Assembly (NCBI GenBank): GCA_018238545.1
Contig: JABCTC010000008.1
Coordinates: forward strand, 1 to 64,000
Source: Candidatus Heimdallarchaeota archaeon
GTDB taxonomy: Archaea > Asgardarchaeota > Heimdallarchaeia > Heimdallarchaeales > Heimdallarchaeaceae
DNA: 64,000 nucleotides
Reading direction: 5' to 3'
Part shown: positions 58,806-64,000 of the stretch, piece after piece
Numbering within the stretch: position 1 is the first letter of the stretch
How the letters are laid out: each line of letters starts with the position of its first letter
Program-made: the position numbers and the translations under genes
Notes under the pieces: generated by a model
The model's input: the letters and a program-made list of their open reading frames with translations, nothing else
Databases searched by the model: none
Told to the model about the DNA's origin: nothing

Positions 58806-59501
58806 CTATCTTCTTGGATTAGGTTCGGAACTAGCAGTAAACAATCGATGTTTCTGTTCTTCTTCTAATTCTTGCATGATCCTATTCGTTATCATCTTGC
58901 GAATATCGGATATTTTAACACGTTCTTCAATATCACTAAAAGAAAGATAAGGCAATCTTTTACGATCATCAATGATTTCCCACATTAGTTTCTTGCCAAT
59001 ACCTGGAATAAGTTGTAGAGAATGAATACGGTTAGTGATTGGTTGAGCTTTGTTAAAGAATGAGACAAAACGTTTTTCGTTCTTATTAATGATATTGAAA
59101 ACAGCTTCATCTAAAATTTGATGCCCAGTGTTTGTTAATTCATTTATAGAAATCCGTCGTCTAACCTTCTTTAAAGGACCACTCTCAACTCCTTTAGGAA
59201 CGCTGTATTCATCTAGTTGTTTGAAACCTCCTCGTCTTTCTGCTGTTATTTCAAGGATGCTAAACCAAGTTGTTCCAATGCCTTGTATTATCGGTTCTCT
59301 TTGTTTTGTTTGTCCAAAACCCTTGCCTTCTGGTAGATAATCTAAAACTATAATTTTGTTTTCAAGCTTTTTTGATTGTCTTACGTGAATTACAGGACCA
59401 ATAATGAATTCATCACTACTTCCAGCCTTATCTGGTCGCCTGTTTTTCTCAGGATTTCTTTCAGTTACCATAATACTCTCACCATAAATAAGTACAAACA
59501 C
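58806..59501 (-). CDS. DUF655 putative RNA-binding protein
   Basis: VLDYLPEG, RIHSLQLIPGIGKK; between rpoF and rsmA. Confidence 0.88.
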   Translation of the reverse strand: MFVLIYGESIMVTERNPEKNRRPDKAGSSDEFIIGPVIHVRQSKKLENKIIVLDYLPEGKGFGQTKQREPIIQGIGTTWFSILEITAERRGGFKQLDEYSVPKGVESGPLKKVRRRISINELTNTGHQILDEAVFNIINKNEKRFVSFFNKAQPITNRIHSLQLIPGIGKKLMWEIIDDRKRLPYLSFSDIEERVKISDIRKMITNRIMQELEEEQKHRLFTASSEPNPRR

Positions 59502-59546
59502 AAAAAAGGTTTTCCTATATATATTTAAAACAAAAAACCTGGCGTT

Positions 59547-59909
59547 CTACTTTTCCTTATTAAATTTAACAATATAGGGTCTTATCACTTCAAACATTTT
59601 ACTTATTTCTGAGTCTGTTAGCATTTTTGGCTCTTTCTGAAGAATATCTTTTAATTCTTCAGGGGATGGGGGTAGAATGTTTGCAATTGTAAATGCTGAA
59701 AGCTCAGATAAATCAAATTCCTTTAGAAGTTTTTCAAGAATTTCCCTAGATTCTTCTGGCTCTATCCGTGCATTTTGCATTGCGTGCTCATAAGCAACTC
59801 GTTGCCAATATGAGAGCTCAGATTCTTCACTCCTCTGTTGTAGAATTCTCATTGCTTCAGAAATGGTTAATGGTTTTTTATCTAGAACGTCTCTTGGCAT
59901 GAATATCAC
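59547..59909 (-). CDS. rpoF: RNA polymerase subunit Rpo4 (F)
   Basis: ELSYWQRVAYEH, IANILPPSPEEL. Confidence 0.88.
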   Translation of the reverse strand: MIFMPRDVLDKKPLTISEAMRILQQRSEESELSYWQRVAYEHAMQNARIEPEESREILEKLLKEFDLSELSAFTIANILPPSPEELKDILQKEPKMLTDSEISKMFEVIRPYIVKFNKEK

Positions 59910-59913
59910 TCTT

Positions 59914-60225
59914 TTATTCTGTTGTCTGGATAACAGAACGACTTAACCTTAAATGTTCTTTTCTTGCAGTGATTTGTTTAATTGCATGACCTTGTTTAAT
60001 GGCTACAACATAACCTTTACCTTGTTTTCTTAGAACTTTACCTGTTTTTCCATGAAATCGTCTATGTGGCATTCCTTTATGTTCTGCAGAATCTAATATT
60101 ATATCAACAACATCACCTTCGCTGAAATCATGTAATATATAATCTAATGAACGCATACCGCGTTCTCTTACTTTCTTTCGAAGAAGATGTCGAGTTCCAT
60201 GTCGGTAACCTCTGGATTTTCGCAT
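59914..60225 (-). CDS. rpl21e: Ribosomal protein eL21
   Basis: SRGYRHGTR, GMPHRRFHGKTG, EHL. Confidence 0.96.
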   Translation of the reverse strand: MRKSRGYRHGTRHLLRKKVRERGMRSLDYILHDFSEGDVVDIILDSAEHKGMPHRRFHGKTGKVLRKQGKGYVVAIKQGHAIKQITARKEHLRLSRSVIQTTE

Positions 60226-60377
60226 AATCAGACACCAATTATTCTATTATCTTATAAGTGAGCAAAATCCCTCTATACAACTTTTAATCTTTTCGTTATC
60301 CGTTTTAGTTCTATTCTATAGAAAATTAAGTGGTTCCTATTTTATTCTCTGTATTTGTAATAAGAGTTGATTAGGTT

Positions 60378-61709
60378 TTAATCTTCTTGAATGTAAGGAA
60401 TTTCATCGATTTCTATTACATCAAGTTCAGTACAAATGGCATCATTCATCACAATTTCTGAAATACTAGGCTTAGTTCTTCCTTTGTCTCCTGAAATTAA
60501 TTCTTTGACGTAACACCCTCCATCACATTTGACTACCATTTCTATTTCTGTTTCACCTTTTTTTATACACTTTACGGTATAAACTTTCTTTTTCCGTATT
60601 TTATCTGCACGTCTATGTGATACACGATTTGGTGTTCTTTGTTGTAGTACTTTGTTTTGAAGCTCTTTTTCTATCTTTTTCATATCTTCGCCAGTAATGG
60701 GATTAGAAAATTCCACAAGGGCTCTATACTTTTTAATAGCTTTTTCTGCACTACTCTTCACATGAACAACCTCTTTTCTTGATGACCATCGCAGATTTTG
60801 CACTTCAATCTTGTTTTTTGTATGGACATTTATTTTTTCTTCTAAATCTTTGAGATCCAAAGAGCGAATGTGAGGGTTTACAATTTCAAAAACGAAAGGT
60901 CTTCCTGTGCCAAGCATAAGCGCATCTATGTCCTCTCTACCACCGCCATGTAAAGTACCCTTGTCTGCTTTTGCTAATTGTATCGCTTCAACTTCTATTA
61001 ATTCTTCTACAGATTCTGGATATTTTTTTCCAGTGTTGTTACATTCTTTACAGCCTTTCCCCCTGCATTTTCTACAAGGCCATTTTGTCTGTGGTAGAAT
61101 TCTAAGAAATTTTTTGTATTTACCATAAATATACAAAGACGTAATTCTCATACTAATATCTTGAGTAAAAGGATTAACTTCAAAAACAATATTTGGTGAC
61201 TTAAAATCTGTTGTAACAGGAATTCTTCCTGAGATTTTTTTCCCAATATTCCTGTTAAACTCCTGTTTTAATAATTCTGTTTGTTTAACATCTACTTGAG
61301 CCTTTAATTCAACCTCTCTTTCTTGAATTGCTTTTGGGATAAAGGTTCCCATCAAAAATGTGTGAAACTCACACCCTTCAGATTGTAATATTACTAATTC
61401 AGCGAGGGCATCAATTGTTTCTAAAGAATCTTCACAAATATAACATCTCATTGTTTCTTCTGATTGTATCTCGTTTTTTAAGAGGAGTTTCTTGGCTAAA
61501 ACTGAACCTGAACGAGATAGACATTGCAAAATTGACAAATTTTCTTCTGAAAGGTCTGTAGAAAATTCCAATACAAGAAAATCTTTTATTGTCATTCCTC
61601 TGTTTAAATTAGTGGTTCCTGTTGCCAAATTAGAAAACTGTCTCCCCAAGCAATAATCACATAGAGGGTTATCCTTCAATAGTTTTAGCGCCTTTTCTTG
61701 TAATGTCAT
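60378..61709 (-). CDS. pus10: tRNA pseudouridine 54/55 synthase Pus10
   Basis: CDYCLGRQF, GREDIDALMLGTGRPF, QRTPNRVSHRRAD, YVKELISGD. Confidence 0.95.
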   Translation of the reverse strand: MTLQEKALKLLKDNPLCDYCLGRQFSNLATGTTNLNRGMTIKDFLVLEFSTDLSEENLSILQCLSRSGSVLAKKLLLKNEIQSEETMRCYICEDSLETIDALAELVILQSEGCEFHTFLMGTFIPKAIQEREVELKAQVDVKQTELLKQEFNRNIGKKISGRIPVTTDFKSPNIVFEVNPFTQDISMRITSLYIYGKYKKFLRILPQTKWPCRKCRGKGCKECNNTGKKYPESVEELIEVEAIQLAKADKGTLHGGGREDIDALMLGTGRPFVFEIVNPHIRSLDLKDLEEKINVHTKNKIEVQNLRWSSRKEVVHVKSSAEKAIKKYRALVEFSNPITGEDMKKIEKELQNKVLQQRTPNRVSHRRADKIRKKKVYTVKCIKKGETEIEMVVKCDGGCYVKELISGDKGRTKPSISEIVMNDAICTELDVIEIDEIPYIQED

Positions 61710-62275
61710 TTTTTCTTCATCTCTAAATTATAATTTGTTAATATAACTTGTTCATCTATATCCAATGGACCTAATGATACTTCTCCATATGTTTTGGGTA
61801 GGTTGATATTATCAAAACCAAATAAAAACACGTTTGCTTCACATATTTTTCTCTGATAATTATTACTAACCATCTCTGTTCTTATTAACTTCAAACAATT
61901 GTCTTTTGTGTGTTTTTCGAGTATCCATTCATAAGACCCTTCAAAAACATTCAAACCTGGTGTTAACTTTCCTGATTTAGCTGTGGGATCAATTATGTGG
62001 TTTATAGCTCTGAGTAGAAGATGAGCTGCTGAAAAATAACTTGGTCCTAAGTAACGTAAGTTTGCACCATTGAATGTTACAGTATATGGTTTTGATTTGT
62101 GAGTTGTACAATAATAGATATCAAGCGATTTGCGAAATTCATTTGAGAGAAAGAAAGCATCAGATATTGCTTTGATAAACATTCCTTCTGCCGTAATAGA
62201 ATCTTCTATAGAATAAAGAATTCCTTTTGTTAATGAAAAGGGTGGGGCGTTAAAAACGAAAAAATGAGAAGACAT
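61706..62275 (-). CDS. Divergent TrmY-like (DUF358) protein
   Basis: AFFLSNEFRK, TPGL, VSLGP; adjacent to pus10. Confidence 0.6.
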   Translation of the reverse strand: MSSHFFVFNAPPFSLTKGILYSIEDSITAEGMFIKAISDAFFLSNEFRKSLDIYYCTTHKSKPYTVTFNGANLRYLGPSYFSAAHLLLRAINHIIDPTAKSGKLTPGLNVFEGSYEWILEKHTKDNCLKLIRTEMVSNNYQRKICEANVFLFGFDNINLPKTYGEVSLGPLDIDEQVILTNYNLEMKKK

Positions 62276-62297
62276 TAAGAAATCACACAGGAGTATT

Positions 62298-63635
62298 TTA
62301 CATCAGACCTGGTGGTAATCCAGGGATTTGTAGTCCGCCTCTTCGTCCTTTTTTCATGCGCTTCACCAATGATGTAACTGTTTTGTGTTGATTAATCAAT
62401 TCTTTTACTTCTGCAGTAGTTCTACCACTACCTTGAGCAACACGTTGGATTCTTGAGCTACTAAGCTTGACTTTACCATCTAACTCATTGCCAGTCATTG
62501 ATGACATAATTACTTTAAATCTCTTCATATTGTCTTTTGAAAGATTTAGCATATCTTCATCAATATTGGCTCCAAGGCCTGGAACCATCGAGAGCATCTT
62601 CTTCATCGACCCCATAGAACTAAAACTATCAAGCATTTCCATCATTTGGCGATAAGAAATTTTTCCGCTTAACATACTCATTGCTTCATCTTTTGAAGGG
62701 AGAATTTCCAACTCTCTCACTTCTTTTAGAAGACCTTCTAAATCCCCTACACCAATTAATCTTCCAACAAAAGAAGTAGGATTGAATTCTTCGATAGAAT
62801 CAATGTCTTCTCCATCACATATGAACTTAATTGGAACTTTAGCTGCAGAAGCTGCAGAAAGACTGCCTCCTCCTTTAGCTGAACCATCCATTTTCGTTAC
62901 AATTACTGATCCTAATTTCGTTGTTTGAGCAAAAGCTAGTGCTTGGTCATAGGCTGCTTGACCAAGATTACCATCAATAACCAAAATTATTTCATCTGGT
63001 TTTATTTTGTTACCGATATCTTTCATCTCTTTAAGAAGAGACTTTTCTTCTTTATGACGACCAGCTGTATCTAGTATAATAACATTGTATTTCTCATTAA
63101 GGAATTTTTGAACACCATCAGAAGCGATTTTTACAGCATTTTTGTTTTCTGGATCCCCATAAACTGGAACCTCAATTGTATCACAAAGCTGTTTCAGTTG
63201 TTCATATGCTCCTGGTCTGAAGTTATCTGCAGTTACAACAGCTACTTTTTTACCTCGTTTTTTTATGTATTTTGCAAGTTTTGCTACTGTAGTAGTTTTA
63301 CCAGACCCTTGGATACCTACTAATTCAATTATTGTAGGTTTATCTGGATGTAGAATTAAAGGATAAAACTTTGAACCTAAAAATTTAGTAAGCTCTTCGT
63401 GAATGATTGAAAGAACACTATTCTTTCTTGATAATCCCTTTGCAAGTTCCTTGTCGAGTGATTTACGTTCAACTTCATTTACGACATTAGCAGCTAAATC
63501 AAATTGCACGTCTGCTTCTAATAATGCTTTCAACATAGCATTCTTTAGTTCGAGTATAACTTCTTTGTCGGGAGGACCTCCTCGAAGAATTTTAGATATA
63601 GCGTTATTTAGAGCTGATCCAAGTTTGCCTAACAT
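62298..63635 (-). CDS. srp54: Signal recognition particle protein SRP54
   Basis: GIQGSGKTT, DTAGRH, TKMDGSAKGGG, Met-rich M domain. Confidence 0.96.
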   Translation of the reverse strand: MLGKLGSALNNAISKILRGGPPDKEVILELKNAMLKALLEADVQFDLAANVVNEVERKSLDKELAKGLSRKNSVLSIIHEELTKFLGSKFYPLILHPDKPTIIELVGIQGSGKTTTVAKLAKYIKKRGKKVAVVTADNFRPGAYEQLKQLCDTIEVPVYGDPENKNAVKIASDGVQKFLNEKYNVIILDTAGRHKEEKSLLKEMKDIGNKIKPDEIILVIDGNLGQAAYDQALAFAQTTKLGSVIVTKMDGSAKGGGSLSAASAAKVPIKFICDGEDIDSIEEFNPTSFVGRLIGVGDLEGLLKEVRELEILPSKDEAMSMLSGKISYRQMMEMLDSFSSMGSMKKMLSMVPGLGANIDEDMLNLSKDNMKRFKVIMSSMTGNELDGKVKLSSSRIQRVAQGSGRTTAEVKELINQHKTVTSLVKRMKKGRRGGLQIPGLPPGLM

Positions 63636-63705
63636 AAATTATCAATGGAAAAAAAGAAAAGAGATTAAAGAAGATTCTGTTTAAAGGGAAAAGAAAAAGA
63701 AGAAC

Positions 63706-64000
63706 TTACAATTTAAGCTGATCTTCTTGTATTTGCACTGGCTCATTTGCTAATTTTGCCTTCTTATGAATGTCAATTTTGTTGACATAGTAGACTATTC
63801 CTTTAACTTCTGAAAGAGCGCCAATTATGACGTTTTTACCTTTAACATCCTGTTCAACGACTGTGTTGCTAATGTCTACTTCATCAATCGCAAAAACTGT
63901 GCCTTCAATACTAGATCTCTTTATTCTTCTAAGTTTGTGACCAAGGACATTCTTGTTTATGAAAACATCTGCTCCAACCAAGTTACCCTCAACAACCATT
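63706..64000 (-). CDS. C-terminal fragment of a beta-helix/bactofilin-like protein (partial)
   Basis: IEG..VDISN..VKGKNVIIG..SEV..VYY..IHKKAK repeats; runs off window. Confidence 0.5.
   Translation of the reverse strand, partial: MVVEGNLVGADVFINKNVLGHKLRRIKRSSIEGTVFAIDEVDISNTVVEQDVKGKNVIIGALSEVKGIVYYVNKIDIHKKAKLANEPVQIQEDQLKL

Noticed and set aside
60226-60377. Structured RNA (SRP or RNase P) between pus10 and rpl21e
   Set aside because: AT-rich, no GC stems; looks like promoter/terminator sequence
1-64000. CRISPR array or rRNA genes
   Set aside because: No regularly spaced direct repeats or rRNA-like GC-rich tracts seen by eye

Overview
AT-rich archaeal chromosomal segment, most consistent with an Asgard archaeon (inferred from a Rab-like small GTPase, eL38, a DPM2-like protein and archaeal core genes; Heimdallarchaeia-like is a guess). 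Most of it is housekeeping: hexosamine/mannose-phosphate metabolism (glmS, glmU, pgi/pmi, two phosphohexomutases, TrmB), PAN, TFS, PCNA, GINS, RPA3-like, TFE, dispersed A/V-ATPase genes, exosome Csl4, RNAP subunits, aIF2alpha, Nop10, many RNA-modifying enzymes and SRP54, plus five intron-less, CCA-encoding tRNAs. Accessory features: (i) an IS607-family element at the left edge with an unusually long TnpB-position ORF missed by the ORF track; (ii) a 0.95-kb internally deleted relative with a dead tnpA stub, an intact RuvC-only TnpB ORF (D-E-H triad) and a pseudoknotted omegaRNA-like right end; (iii) a 1.1-kb tRNA-Val att-flanked islet. The best candidates for undescribed biology are membrane proteins with eukaryote-like architecture: a tandem pair of signal peptide-FKBP-TM-Cys8 zinc finger proteins, a TM-coiled-coil-proline-rich protein with PTAP and MIM1/WH2-like motifs, a DPM2-like two-TM protein and a surface-anchored clan CD protease. 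All protein calls are by motif recognition; no database search was run.
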